Of a stretch of DNA of 64,000 nt, positions 31,556-42,424 are shown piece after piece. The DNA is from Microcoleus sp. (GTDB taxonomy: Bacteria; Cyanobacteriota; Cyanobacteriia; Cyanobacteriales; Microcoleaceae), in NCBI GenBank assembly GCA_052279835.1, contig CP181291.1, positions 6,240,001 to 6,304,000 on the forward strand, given 5' to 3'. The position numbers and the translations under genes were made by a program. The stretch's first letter is position 1. Each line of letters starts with the position of its first letter. The notes under the pieces were generated by a model. That model ran no database searches. It was not told the DNA's origin and saw only the letters and a list, made by a program, of their open reading frames with translations.

Positions 31556-32836
31556 TTAGAAAATGAAGATTATTTCCAGTTTCCACTTGGTATTTTCCCG
31601 GACGATCTCAATGCGATCGATAAATTCTCGAAAATAAAACCTGCGTTCCGATTCTGATAAGTCCAGCCAAAATTGGGGCAGAGAAACAGTTTGAGCTGTT
31701 TCTCGCAAATTAACTGGCGGTAGTTGCGCCAATTTGCTTTGCAATTGTGCCATTTCGGTGCGGATTTTGTAGGCTCTAAATTCGGCAGTTTCTGTGTCTA
31801 AAATGCCATTTTCTATCAGGGCTGCTAGTTGATTGATGATTTGTTCTTTAAATTCGATCGCCCTGAGAATTCCTACTTTAATTCCCTTCATATCCGGCAT
31901 CTGTAACCCTGCTACAGCAGCGGGTAAATTCTGACAAATTCCGCTGATGGTCGATTGCAATACTTCATCGTAGGAAAGGCCGCTACATTTAGCCGGACGA
32001 CAACAGTTAATCGGTCGCAAATAAAGGTATTCTCGGTCTTTGCGGTAGGAATTAACTTTTGCTACTGTCATGGGCGATCGACATTCCGCACAAATCGCTA
32101 AACCAGCAAGGGAACGAGGGGCGCTGGCGGTGCGGGGAGGCAGGCGGCGATTGCGACGCAGCAACCTGTCTATTTGAGCAGCTTCTTCTCTGGAAATAAT
32201 CGGGACATGGGTATTAGAAATTACTTGACCATTTTGATATTCTAAATCGCCTCGGTAGGCGGGATTTGTCAGCCAGCGGCGGCCTGTGCTGACAGATATT
32301 TTTTTGTTGTATTTCTTGGCTAAATAGCGCACGGAACCTCGCAAAGAACCGTAGATTAAAAAGTGTTCAAAAAAGTCTTTGACGGTGGGGGCGGTGCTTT
32401 TATCGATGGTGTAGCGCTCTTTGCTACGCCGATAGCCGTAGGGAGCTTTACCCGGTGGAATTTTGGCTTTGATTCGGTTGCGGGCGTGTCCTTTGCGAAT
32501 GCTGCGGCTGTGTTGGCTGCGCTGGATTTCTGCTAGGAGTTTGAGCAAGTTTGCTCTGTTTTCTGTTTGTTTTTCGTCTGTGACAATTAGTTGGATGCCG
32601 AGGTTTTCCAGTTGTTCTAGGCTGGTGCAAACTTGCTGCACTGTGTCGCCTAGTTCTTCAAACCGCTGAATTAACAGGTATTGGACTGGTTCTGTGGCGC
32701 AGTCTTTTAGGAGTTGTTGCAGTTGCTCTCGCCCTCCTAAGTCTTGATAAGTGCGATCGACTTCTTGGCCCCAAAATTCAGGCGTCGGTGCTGTTTCTAG
32801 GAGAGGTTCAGTGTAAGAGTAGGCGATGATTTTCAT
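31556..32836 (-). CDS. Large serine recombinase-family protein with a degenerate catalytic N-terminus
   Basis: GKAPYGY, WLTNPAYRG, HVPIIS.E, LAGLAICAEC (Zn ribbon), ERRFYFREFIDRIEI. Confidence 0.8.
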   Translation of the reverse strand: MKIIAYSYTEPLLETAPTPEFWGQEVDRTYQDLGGREQLQQLLKDCATEPVQYLLIQRFEELGDTVQQVCTSLEQLENLGIQLIVTDEKQTENRANLLKLLAEIQRSQHSRSIRKGHARNRIKAKIPPGKAPYGYRRSKERYTIDKSTAPTVKDFFEHFLIYGSLRGSVRYLAKKYNKKISVSTGRRWLTNPAYRGDLEYQNGQVISNTHVPIISREEAAQIDRLLRRNRRLPPRTASAPRSLAGLAICAECRSPMTVAKVNSYRKDREYLYLRPINCCRPAKCSGLSYDEVLQSTISGICQNLPAAVAGLQMPDMKGIKVGILRAIEFKEQIINQLAALIENGILDTETAEFRAYKIRTEMAQLQSKLAQLPPVNLRETAQTVSLPQFWLDLSESERRFYFREFIDRIEIVRENTKWKLEIIFIF

Positions 32837-32839
32837 CTG

Positions 32840-33199
32840 TTACTGGCTGAGTTCGATGATATTACCGTCGGGATCTTGGGTAAATAATGCCGATCGACCT
32901 GATGCACTCATTTGTACTGGGCAATGATGAGCGATTAATTGCTCTTTAGCTAGTTCTAAGTTAGCCACAGAAAATGCTAGATGTTGGTTGCGTCCTAATT
33001 TTTCATGATCTACGGTATTTGGTATAATTTTTTCTGCTAGAATTAAGTGGATTTGGAAATTTCCTACTTGATACCAAATACCGGGAAACTTTAATTGTCT
33101 ATCAATTTTTTGCAGTCCTAATACCGTGCTGTAAAAGTGTTGGGATTTTTCGAGATGGGAAATTACTAGGGCGCTGTGGAGGGTTTGGGTAATTTGCAT
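32840..33199 (-). CDS. VOC/glyoxalase family protein
   Basis: LHSAL..FYSTVLGL..QIHL..HLAFSV..QDPDGNIIEL. Confidence 0.9.
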   Translation of the reverse strand: MQITQTLHSALVISHLEKSQHFYSTVLGLQKIDRQLKFPGIWYQVGNFQIHLILAEKIIPNTVDHEKLGRNQHLAFSVANLELAKEQLIAHHCPVQMSASGRSALFTQDPDGNIIELSQ

Positions 33200-33367
33200 T
33201 TTTGTTAAAGTATTTATTTTGCGCTTATATAAAAATCTGAGCCACAGATTTATGATAACATAATCTGTTACTTTGAGTACAGACCGAGGTACAAAATCAA
33301 TGTTAAGTAATGCCTCAATATTAATTTATTTTTTAAATAACGAACAACTGACTAGAATTTAGAAACT

Positions 33368-36300
33368 ATGACTCCGCTCTCAATTTCCGGCTACCGCGCG
33401 ATCGAACTACTCTACTCCGGTCCCAGAACCTTGGTGTATAGAGGTTTTTCTGAATCAGACAATCAACCAGTCGCGATCAAATTGCTCAAGTCTGAATATC
33501 CGACTTTCAGCGAACTGGTGCAGTTTCTCAATCAATACACCATTGCTAAAAATATTGAACATTCCGGGATTGTCAAACATTTAAGTCTAGAACAATACCG
33601 TAACGGCTTTGCCTTGGTGATGGAGGACTTTGGGGGTATGTCTCTGGCAGAATATGTCGCCAATGATGCGTTTGGGATTCATGGCAAGTTTACCAATCGC
33701 TTAACAGATTTTTTGCAGATAGCTATTCAAATTTGCTCGGCTTTAGAAGCGATATATCAAAACAAAATTATTCACAAAGATATCAAACCACAGAATATTA
33801 TCATCAACCCTCAAACTCAACAAATCCAAATCATAGACTTTAGTATTTCTTCCCTTTTGCCTAGGGAAAATCAAGAAATTAAAAATGCCAATATTTTGGA
33901 AGGGACTTTAGCTTATATGTCTCCCGAACAAACGGGAAGAATGAATCGTGGGATTGACTACCGCACCGATTTTTACTCCCTCGGAGTAACTTTTTACGAA
34001 CTGTTGACAGGACAATTGCCATTTTTATCCAACGAACCCATGGAATTGGTTCACTGTCACATTGCTCGCCAGCCAATTCATCCGATCGCCCTAAATCCAG
34101 CCATCCCCCAAGTATTGAATAACATCGTGCTAAAACTGATGGCAAAAACAGCAGAAGCACGCTATCAAACAGTTACAGGCCTCAAACATGATTTAGAACT
34201 CTGCTTAAAAGCATACTCCAATACTGCCACTATTGAACTGTTTGCATTAGGCCGCAGAGACATTTCTGACCGCTTCGTGATTCCCGAAAAACTGTATGGC
34301 AGAGAGATCGAAGTTTTGACCCTATTAGCGGCTTTCCAGCGCGTCGCATCTCCCCAGGCAAATTCCCTAACTACAAATTTAAAAACTTCCTCTAACAGCG
34401 CCAAAAAAACTCATAAATTACGCCGTATAGCTACTACTGAAATAATGTTGATAGCGGGATTTTCCGGGATTGGCAAAACGGCTGTCGTGAATGAAATTCA
34501 TAAACCAATAGTTCAGCAACGGGGATACTTTATCAAAGGAAAATTCGACCAATTTAGGCGCGATATTCCCTTCTCCGCTTGGGTGCAAGCTCTGCAAAAA
34601 TTAATGGAACAATTACTCACAGAAAGTGTCGAGCGAGTTGAACATTGGCAATCGGAAATCCTGTCAGCTTTAGGTGACAATGCTCAGATAATTATTGATG
34701 TAATTCCCGAATTAGAACTGCTGATTGGCAAGCAACCTCCTGTCCCAGAATTAGAGCCTAGTCCGGCACAAAATCGGTTCAATCTGCTATTTCAAAAGTT
34801 TATTCGTGTCTTTGCTACCAAAAATCACCCCTTAGTTATTTTCTTAGATGATTTGCAATGGGCAGATTCAGCCTCTTTGAAATTAATGCAATTGTTGCTG
34901 GGCGAATCTGAAGGGCAACATTTGCTGTTAATTGGTGCCTATCGAGATAATGAAGTTTCCAATGTTCATCCATTAATGCTGACTTTATCCGAAATTCGTA
35001 AGCTAGGTACGAGTTCATCTTCTGTGCCCAGTCATGGGAGCGATCGCCCAGCCCCTATAATTAATCAAATTACTCTCGCGCCACTTTCCAAACTTGACTT
35101 GAATCGTCTGGTTGCTGATGCTTTAAGTTGTCCGCTAGAACGCTCTCTTTCCTTGACGGAATTGATTTTTCAAAAAACTCAAGGCAATCCTTTTTTTAGC
35201 AATCAATTCCTCAAGAATCTCTACGAAGATAAGTTAATTTATTTCGATTTAAACACTGGAAACCAGGGCGAGTACGCACCATCCACCGCGCCGACTGGGA
35301 CTGCGGGGGGGTGGCAGTGCGATCTTAGTAAAATCAGAGAATTGGCAGTAAGCGATGATGTCGTCGAGTTTATGGCCAATCAATTGCAGAAATTGCCGAT
35401 CGCCACTCAAGATGTTTTAAAGTTAGCTGCTTGTATTGGCAGTCAATTTGATTTAGAAACCTTGGCTGTTGTTTGCGAAAAATCTCAAGTTGACACGGCG
35501 GCTGATTTGTGGAAAGCATTGCAAGAAGGTCTAATTTTACCCCAAAGTCAAATTTACAAGTTTTTTACAGAGGATGGGGAGGCAGCACCCTTAGCTGTTG
35601 CCGATTGTCCCTTGCCAAGTTACAAATTTTTGCACGATCGCGTTCAACAAGCTGCCTATTTTTTAATTACTGATGATGCCACGCAGTTAACTCACCTGAA
35701 AATTGGCAGATTGTTGTTGAGTAATACCCCAGAATGTGAAAAAGAAGAGCGGATATTTGATATTGTCAACCACTTGAATAGGGGAGTGGAATTAATTGTC
35801 GATCGCACTGAAAGAAATCAGCTAGCTTCCTTGAATTTATTAGCAGGGCGCAAAGCGAAAACTTCTACAGCCTATGCTGCTGCTGTTGATTACTTAACCA
35901 TGGGTCGCCATTTACTACCAGATGATAGCTGGAGCGATTTATATGACTTAACCCTAGATATTTATGTAGAATCTGTAGAAGCAGAATATTTGAATACCAA
36001 TTTTGATTTATCGCAACAACTGACAGAAATAGTTCTATCTCACTCGCGAAATCTCCTCGATCAATTCCGAGTTTACGAAGCACGAATTCAGTCTTATATT
36101 GCTCAAAATCAGATGAAATTAGCAGTAGATACTGGATTGGAAGTTTTGGGGATGCTTGGTGTTGCTTTGGAAACAGAACTCCCTGGGGAGGAGGAAATTT
36201 CGGGCTTAGCCGATCTGCCAGAAATTAAGGATGCTTATAAAATTGCTGCTTTGAGGATTTTATGTGCGATCGCTTCTGCGGCTTATCTAGCTAGTCCCGA

Positions 36301-38869
36301 AATTTACCCCACCGTTGTATTTACCATGGCAGATATTTGTATCAAATACGGTAATTCTGCCCCTGCTAGTTATGCCTATGCTTGTTGCAGTTTAATTTGT
36401 GAAGTAATCGGAGAAATTGAATTAGGTTATCAATACGGTCAACTATCCTTACAGGTATTAGATAAATTTCCATCTCCCGAATTTAACTCAAAAGTTGTGA
36501 TGGTTTATAATGCCTGCGTCAGACATTGGAAAGAACCGACTCGCTCGACTCTACCTTATTTGCTATCGGCAGTCCAAAGTGGTTTAGAAACTGGCGATAT
36601 TGAGTATGCTTGCTATGCTGCTATGTATCTTTGCATCTACAGCTTTTTTAGCGGGGAAGACCTAAAATTAGTAGATCAAAAATATGAACAGTATCTGGAA
36701 CTTATGCTCGATTCTAAACAAGAATATCAGACTTACTATAGCCAAATATGGCGACAATTAGTATTGAATTTACAAGGGTTAGCTGATGATAATTGTCGGT
36801 TAGTGGGGGAAAGTTTCAATGAAGATGAAATGTTGCCTGTTTTGTTGGCAGCCAACAATGTCTCTTCCATATTTGGGATTTATTTTGCTAAAATGGTTGT
36901 GAATTATTTGTTGGGCGATCGCGATCGGGCTCTGGAAAATGCCCAGCTAGCAGAGCAATACGTCGCTGGAGTCGGGTCGTTAATGATGGTTCCACAGCAC
37001 AACTTTTACCATTCCCTCGCCCTGCTAGCACTGTATCCCCATGCTGAGGCGATCGCAGCAGAACAATACTTAAGCCAAGTGAGAAACAATCAGGAGAAAA
37101 TGCAAACCTGGGCGTTTCATGCACCGATGAATTATCAACATAAGTATGAATTAGTAGCAGCAGAAATAGCACGAGTATTAGGAGACAGGCTGGAAGCGAT
37201 GGATTTGTACGATCGCGCCATTGTGACAGCCAAAGAAAACCAATACCTCCAAGAAGAAGCACTAGCAAACGAACTGGCTGCTAAATTCTATCTGGAATTA
37301 GGCAAAGATAAAATTGCCAGCGTCTATCTAACCGACGCTTACTATGCTTATGCTCGCTGGGGTTCTCCGGCAAAAATTAAAAATCTAGAACAAAACTATT
37401 CCCAATTACTAGCTCCCATTCTCCAACAAACAACAAGCCTCTATGGGGGAATAACAAATGCTGAAACTATGCTAGAGGGCGTTACTAGCACTAGCAAAGG
37501 TATGTCGCAGTCCCTGGATTTAGAGACAGTAATCAAAGCTTCTCAAGCCATATCAGGAGAAATCAATGTAGAGGAATTACTCTCAACTTTAATCAGAATA
37601 CTAAACGAAAATGCTGGAGCTTCTCAGAGCTATATTATCTTAGAAATTAATAGTGAATTAGTGATAGTTGCCAAATGTTTAAATGAGCAATCTTATTTAC
37701 CTAATATTTTACTCATTCAAAGCGACGAACTTCCCATCACTGCCATTAACTACGTCTGGCGTACTAGAGAAACCTTGGTAATTAACGATATTGCTACTGA
37801 AAATATGTTTGCTGCGGACCCCTACATTATCGCTCGCCAACCTAAATCAGTATTGTGTACTCCCATTGTTAACCAAGGTAAGGCGATCGGCATTTTGTAT
37901 TTAGAAAATAGTCTCGCCACTGGTGCATTTACGACTGACAGATTGGAAGTCTTAAAAATTCTATCTTCCCAAGCTGCTATCTCCATTGAAAATGCTCTGT
38001 TATATCAAACTCTTGAAGATAAAGTTGAAGAACGCACTGCCGAACTAGCCCAAGCAAATCAAGAAATTTCTGCCCTCAACCAGCGCCTCAAAACCGAAAA
38101 TATTCACATGAGTGCCGAACTGGATCTCCTCAAGCAAATGCAGCAGTTAATTCTGCCAAAGCCAGCGGAACTTCAAGCAATAAAAGGCTTAGATATTGCG
38201 GGATTTATGGAACCAGCGGATCGAGTAGGGGGCGATTACTACGACGTACTTTGTACTGACCAAGTTGTGACAATCTGCATTGGAGATGTTACAGGACATG
38301 GATTAGAAAGTGGGATTTTGATGGTGATGACTCAAGCAGCAGTCCGCACTCTTCAGGAACTGCAAGAATCCGATCCCGTCCGTTTTTTAGATACCCTTAA
38401 TCGCACCATTTACAAAAATATCCAGCGCATGAACTCTGACAAAAATCTGACCCTCGCTCTGCTGAATTACGCCGACGGCAAAGTTAGTATTAGCGGTCAA
38501 CACGAGGAAACTATCGTGGTCAGAAAAGGTGGTCAGATTGAAAGAATTGACACAATGGATTTAGGATTTCCTATCGGCTTAGATGAGGATATTTCAGATT
38601 GGATTAGTCAGGTTGTAGTAGACTTAGAGCCTGGTGACGGGGTAGTGCTTTATACTGACGGCATCCCCGAAGCCAGAAATATCGAGAAAGAATTCTACGG
38701 TATAGAAAGACTCTGTGAAGTAGTTTCTCAAAACTGGCATCGCAGCGCCGAACAAATCAAGCAAGCCACCATCGATGATTTGCGAAAATTTATGGGAGAA
38801 GAAAAGGTACTTGATGACATTACCTTGGTGGTTCTCAAGCAAAAAAAGTTAAGTTATGTAAATAAGTAG
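33368..38869 (+). CDS. Ser/Thr kinase-like + AAA ATPase + helical + GAF + SpoIIE (PP2C) multidomain protein
   Basis: HKDIKPQN, YMSPEQTGR, GFSGIGKT, FLDDLQWAD, GNPFF, ILYLEN, VGGDYYD, GDVTGHG, YTDG, DDIT. Confidence 0.92.
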   Translation: MTPLSISGYRAIELLYSGPRTLVYRGFSESDNQPVAIKLLKSEYPTFSELVQFLNQYTIAKNIEHSGIVKHLSLEQYRNGFALVMEDFGGMSLAEYVANDAFGIHGKFTNRLTDFLQIAIQICSALEAIYQNKIIHKDIKPQNIIINPQTQQIQIIDFSISSLLPRENQEIKNANILEGTLAYMSPEQTGRMNRGIDYRTDFYSLGVTFYELLTGQLPFLSNEPMELVHCHIARQPIHPIALNPAIPQVLNNIVLKLMAKTAEARYQTVTGLKHDLELCLKAYSNTATIELFALGRRDISDRFVIPEKLYGREIEVLTLLAAFQRVASPQANSLTTNLKTSSNSAKKTHKLRRIATTEIMLIAGFSGIGKTAVVNEIHKPIVQQRGYFIKGKFDQFRRDIPFSAWVQALQKLMEQLLTESVERVEHWQSEILSALGDNAQIIIDVIPELELLIGKQPPVPELEPSPAQNRFNLLFQKFIRVFATKNHPLVIFLDDLQWADSASLKLMQLLLGESEGQHLLLIGAYRDNEVSNVHPLMLTLSEIRKLGTSSSSVPSHGSDRPAPIINQITLAPLSKLDLNRLVADALSCPLERSLSLTELIFQKTQGNPFFSNQFLKNLYEDKLIYFDLNTGNQGEYAPSTAPTGTAGGWQCDLSKIRELAVSDDVVEFMANQLQKLPIATQDVLKLAACIGSQFDLETLAVVCEKSQVDTAADLWKALQEGLILPQSQIYKFFTEDGEAAPLAVADCPLPSYKFLHDRVQQAAYFLITDDATQLTHLKIGRLLLSNTPECEKEERIFDIVNHLNRGVELIVDRTERNQLASLNLLAGRKAKTSTAYAAAVDYLTMGRHLLPDDSWSDLYDLTLDIYVESVEAEYLNTNFDLSQQLTEIVLSHSRNLLDQFRVYEARIQSYIAQNQMKLAVDTGLEVLGMLGVALETELPGEEEISGLADLPEIKDAYKIAALRILCAIASAAYLASPEIYPTVVFTMADICIKYGNSAPASYAYACCSLICEVIGEIELGYQYGQLSLQVLDKFPSPEFNSKVVMVYNACVRHWKEPTRSTLPYLLSAVQSGLETGDIEYACYAAMYLCIYSFFSGEDLKLVDQKYEQYLELMLDSKQEYQTYYSQIWRQLVLNLQGLADDNCRLVGESFNEDEMLPVLLAANNVSSIFGIYFAKMVVNYLLGDRDRALENAQLAEQYVAGVGSLMMVPQHNFYHSLALLALYPHAEAIAAEQYLSQVRNNQEKMQTWAFHAPMNYQHKYELVAAEIARVLGDRLEAMDLYDRAIVTAKENQYLQEEALANELAAKFYLELGKDKIASVYLTDAYYAYARWGSPAKIKNLEQNYSQLLAPILQQTTSLYGGITNAETMLEGVTSTSKGMSQSLDLETVIKASQAISGEINVEELLSTLIRILNENAGASQSYIILEINSELVIVAKCLNEQSYLPNILLIQSDELPITAINYVWRTRETLVINDIATENMFAADPYIIARQPKSVLCTPIVNQGKAIGILYLENSLATGAFTTDRLEVLKILSSQAAISIENALLYQTLEDKVEERTAELAQANQEISALNQRLKTENIHMSAELDLLKQMQQLILPKPAELQAIKGLDIAGFMEPADRVGGDYYDVLCTDQVVTICIGDVTGHGLESGILMVMTQAAVRTLQELQESDPVRFLDTLNRTIYKNIQRMNSDKNLTLALLNYADGKVSISGQHEETIVVRKGGQIERIDTMDLGFPIGLDEDISDWISQVVVDLEPGDGVVLYTDGIPEARNIEKEFYGIERLCEVVSQNWHRSAEQIKQATIDDLRKFMGEEKVLDDITLVVLKQKKLSYVNK
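38015..38823 (+). repeat. Copy 1 of a ~810-bp near-identical direct repeat (coiled-coil + SpoIIE)
   Basis: Aligns without gaps to 41414..42222 (offset 3399) with about 20 substitutions by eye. Confidence 0.9.
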
Positions 38870-38987
38870 GCGTTGTAAAACACCAATATGTAAAAGATTG
38901 TAAAGGAGCCAAATCCCTTACAACTAGGGGATTTATTTTTGATATGCTATGTTAGGATGGCAGATACTAAATAGGATGGTAAATACA

Positions 38988-39974
38988 ATGAATAAACAAA
39001 AAAAGAAAGTCATTGTCGATACAGACATGGGATGGGATGATTGGCTAGCCATTCTTTTTTTAATGCAACATCCCGATATAGAAATCCTGGGACTAACTGT
39101 TACCGGTGTTGGGGAGGCTCACCTCACCCCAGGAGTCAAGAATGCACGCAATTTGCTAGAACTAGGAGGGAAGGGCACAGTACCAGTGTGTGCGGGGACG
39201 AACCAGCCACTAATTTATAGTAACGTATTTCCTCCAGACTTTCGCAAAAAAATCGACAGTATTTTTAACCTTAATTTGCCTGTTAATCCACACCCCCTCG
39301 ATCGAAGATCCGCCGTTACTTTTTTTCATGAAACCTTGAGGAATTCCCCAGATAAAGTTACTATTCTCTCGATTGGTGGCATGACTAATTTAGGAAATTT
39401 TATCCGACAATACGGCGATAAATTGAATTCAAAAATTGAAAGGATATTTATCATGGGTGGTGCCATTGATGTAAGAGGTAATGTCGCAGATTTTGAGGGT
39501 TACTACCCTACTAACCAAACCGCTGAATGGAATATATTCATCGACATTCTCGGAGCAAAAATCGTTATGGAATCTGCTATACCTCTCACTTTTGTCCCCC
39601 TAGATGCGGCCTATCAAGTAGAATTGACCTTGGATTTTGTGACTGAATTTGCTCGAGCAGCCAAAACCCCCTGTGCAGAGTTTGCTAGTAAAATCATGAT
39701 TGCGAAACTAGGTCAGGACATGAGTGCTGGTTTTCAGGAGTATTTCTACGATCCCCTCGCAGCAGCCGTAATGGCTGGTACTGTCAACTTAGTGACAAAA
39801 ACTGAAACTAAAAAGTTGAAGGTAGTTCAAGAATTGAATCAAGAAGACGACCATTCAGGACAACTAATACATGATTGTTGCGCCAAGAGTGTTCAAGTCT
39901 GTATGTCCGTCGATAGCAACGTTTTCCAAAATGTTTTTAAGAATATCCTGAACCAGGAAAGTAATCTTGTTTAA
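38988..39974 (+). CDS. Nucleoside hydrolase (IU/IAG-NH family)
   Basis: VDTDMGWDD, GGMTN, MGGA, AEWNIFID, VPLD, YFYDPLAAA. Confidence 0.88.
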   Translation: MNKQKKKVIVDTDMGWDDWLAILFLMQHPDIEILGLTVTGVGEAHLTPGVKNARNLLELGGKGTVPVCAGTNQPLIYSNVFPPDFRKKIDSIFNLNLPVNPHPLDRRSAVTFFHETLRNSPDKVTILSIGGMTNLGNFIRQYGDKLNSKIERIFIMGGAIDVRGNVADFEGYYPTNQTAEWNIFIDILGAKIVMESAIPLTFVPLDAAYQVELTLDFVTEFARAAKTPCAEFASKIMIAKLGQDMSAGFQEYFYDPLAAAVMAGTVNLVTKTETKKLKVVQELNQEDDHSGQLIHDCCAKSVQVCMSVDSNVFQNVFKNILNQESNLV

Positions 39975-40099
39975 TGTATAAAGTTTTTACTCCTGGTTTC
40001 TAGTCTGCACCCCCAAAAATCCCGATGGCATTTTACAACTAATCACTCCTAACGAATCTACTTTTAACTGTCCATTTTTTGCTAGGAATTTTTATAACT

Positions 40100-42265
40100 A
40101 TGGTTTCTCAAAAAACAGGGATAGATAAAAATATCCCTAGGAAAGGCTCTTTCGGCAAATTCAGCCTCCGCACCACCCTCGTCGTGCCTTTTGTTTTACA
40201 AATTTTTGCTGCTGTTGGTCTAGTGGCTTATCTGTCATTCCAAAGCGGACAGCAGTCTGTTAATGAAGTCGCTTATCAACTACGCCGGGAAGTATCAAAC
40301 CGCATCAAACAAAATTTAGAGAACTATCTTAAAACCCCTTACTTAATTCATAAAATTAACTTGGATTCCCTGGAATTAAAACAGATATCTCTGCAAGATA
40401 TTCCAACTTTAGAAAGACATTTCTGGAAAAAAATTAATCAATTTTCCGAAATAGGTTTCATTGGCTACGCTTCAGACCAAGGTGAAATGTTGGGGATGGA
40501 ACGACTAGATAATGGGCTAATAGAAGTCAATTTGATGGAAAATTCCAGTCCCGGAAATCTTGGTATTTATACAACCGATAAGCAGGGAAATCGAATCGCT
40601 CTCCGAAAAGTTATTCCTAATTTTATTAACAACAAACGTCCCTGGTATCAGAAGGCTGTTCAGTCAAAAAAAGCAACATGGAGCGATATTTTTATTTATC
40701 AAGGCACTCCGAGACCAGCGATATCTGCCGTTGTACCTGTTTACGATGGGGCTGGTCAGATCCAAGGTGTGCTGTTCAATGATTTTTTACTTTCCTTAAT
40801 CAGTGATTTTTTGAAAACATTAAAAATAGGTAAATCCGGTCAAACATTCATTATTGAACGTTCAGGAATGTTGGTTGCTAGTTCGACAGAAAAGCCCTTT
40901 GTTATCAAAAACCAAAAAGCGAACGAACTTCAACAAATTCCGCAGCTACTCAGTGCAGTGGAGAGTAGAGATCCCCTCGTACAATTTACTACAAAATATC
41001 TACTGTCACGCTTTCATAATTTCAATTCAATTAGGACTGAACAACAATTAGATTTGAAATTCAAAAATCAGCGATATTTTGCACAAATATCACCATTTCA
41101 GGATGAGTACGGTCTGGATTGGCTGATTGTTGTCATAGTTCCAGAGTCGGACTTTATGGGTCAGATTGAGACGAATACTCACAGAACGATTATTTTATCT
41201 GTGGTTGCACTAATTGTGGCAATTACTCTTGGTGTTTTTTCGGCTCGTTGGATTGCTCACCCAATTTTTCGGATTACCCAAGCCTCCGAATATATAGCAG
41301 GTGGCAATCTCGATCAACACGTAAATGAATCTCACCCTATCGTGGAAATTAAAAAATTAGCAAATTCTTTCAATAGTATGGCAGGACAACTCAAAGATTC
41401 CTTTGAAACATTGGAAGATAAAGTTGAAGAACGCACTGCCGAACTAGCCCAAGCAAATCAAGAAATTTCTACCCTCAACCATCTCCTCAAAACCGAAAAT
41501 ATTCACATGAGTGCCGAACTGGATCTCCTCAAGCAAATGCAGCAGTTAATTCTGCCAAAGCCAGCGGAACTTCAAGCAATAAAAGGCTTAGATATTGCGG
41601 GATTTATGGAACCAGCGGATCGAGTAGGGGGCGATTACTACGACGTACTTTGTACTGACCAAGTTGTGACTATTTGCATTGGAGATGTTACAGGACATGG
41701 ATTAGAAAGTGGCATTTTGATGGTGATGACTCAAGCAGCAGTCCGCACTCTTCAGGAATTGCAAGAATCCGATCCCGTCCGTTTTTTAGATACCCTTAAT
41801 CGCACCATTTACAAAAATGTCCAGCGCATGAAATCTGACAAATGTCTGACCCTCGCTCTGCTGAATTACGCCGACGGTAAAGTTAGTATTAGCGGTCAAC
41901 ACGAGGAAATTATAGTGGTCAGAAAAGGTGGTCAGATTGAAAGAATTGACACAATGGATTTAGGATTTCCTATCGGCTTAGATGAGGATATTTTAGATTG
42001 GATTAGTCAGGTTGTAGTAGACTTAGAGCCTGGTGACGGGGTAGTGCTTTATACTGACGGCATCCCCGAAGCCAGAAATATCGAGAAAGAATTCTACGGT
42101 ATAGAAAGACTCTGTGAAGTAGTTTCTCAAAACTGGCATCGCAGCGCCGAACAAATCAAGCAAGCCACTATTGATGATTTGCGAAAATTTATCGGAAAAG
42201 AAAAGGTACTTGATGACATTACTTTGCTAGTATTGAAGCAACAGGGAAATATTGTGCATAATTGA
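40100..42265 (+). CDS. Membrane Cache + HAMP + SpoIIE (PP2C) phosphatase
   Basis: Two TMs; RPWYQKA..WSDIF; HAMP LANSFNSMA; PP2C motifs as in 33368..38869. Confidence 0.9.
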   Translation: MVSQKTGIDKNIPRKGSFGKFSLRTTLVVPFVLQIFAAVGLVAYLSFQSGQQSVNEVAYQLRREVSNRIKQNLENYLKTPYLIHKINLDSLELKQISLQDIPTLERHFWKKINQFSEIGFIGYASDQGEMLGMERLDNGLIEVNLMENSSPGNLGIYTTDKQGNRIALRKVIPNFINNKRPWYQKAVQSKKATWSDIFIYQGTPRPAISAVVPVYDGAGQIQGVLFNDFLLSLISDFLKTLKIGKSGQTFIIERSGMLVASSTEKPFVIKNQKANELQQIPQLLSAVESRDPLVQFTTKYLLSRFHNFNSIRTEQQLDLKFKNQRYFAQISPFQDEYGLDWLIVVIVPESDFMGQIETNTHRTIILSVVALIVAITLGVFSARWIAHPIFRITQASEYIAGGNLDQHVNESHPIVEIKKLANSFNSMAGQLKDSFETLEDKVEERTAELAQANQEISTLNHLLKTENIHMSAELDLLKQMQQLILPKPAELQAIKGLDIAGFMEPADRVGGDYYDVLCTDQVVTICIGDVTGHGLESGILMVMTQAAVRTLQELQESDPVRFLDTLNRTIYKNVQRMKSDKCLTLALLNYADGKVSISGQHEEIIVVRKGGQIERIDTMDLGFPIGLDEDILDWISQVVVDLEPGDGVVLYTDGIPEARNIEKEFYGIERLCEVVSQNWHRSAEQIKQATIDDLRKFIGKEKVLDDITLLVLKQQGNIVHN
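41414..42222 (+). repeat. Copy 2 of the ~810-bp direct repeat
   Basis: See 38015..38823. Confidence 0.9.
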
Positions 42266-42424
42266 CGATCGCCTACGAGAGAGCAGCTTGAGAGGAGCGA
42301 TCGGGGATTTGGGGGCGCAGAATGTCAGAAGCAACCGGATTTACCGATCGCATCGTGTAACCTCTAATAATTTACAGCTAGCGATTGAAACAATTTTTCG
42401 CTCCCAAGTTCGGGAGTATAAATT

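Noticed and set aside
31556..32836. Active integrase marking a prophage or excision element boundary
   Set aside because: Catalytic motif absent, and no phage genes or att repeats seen
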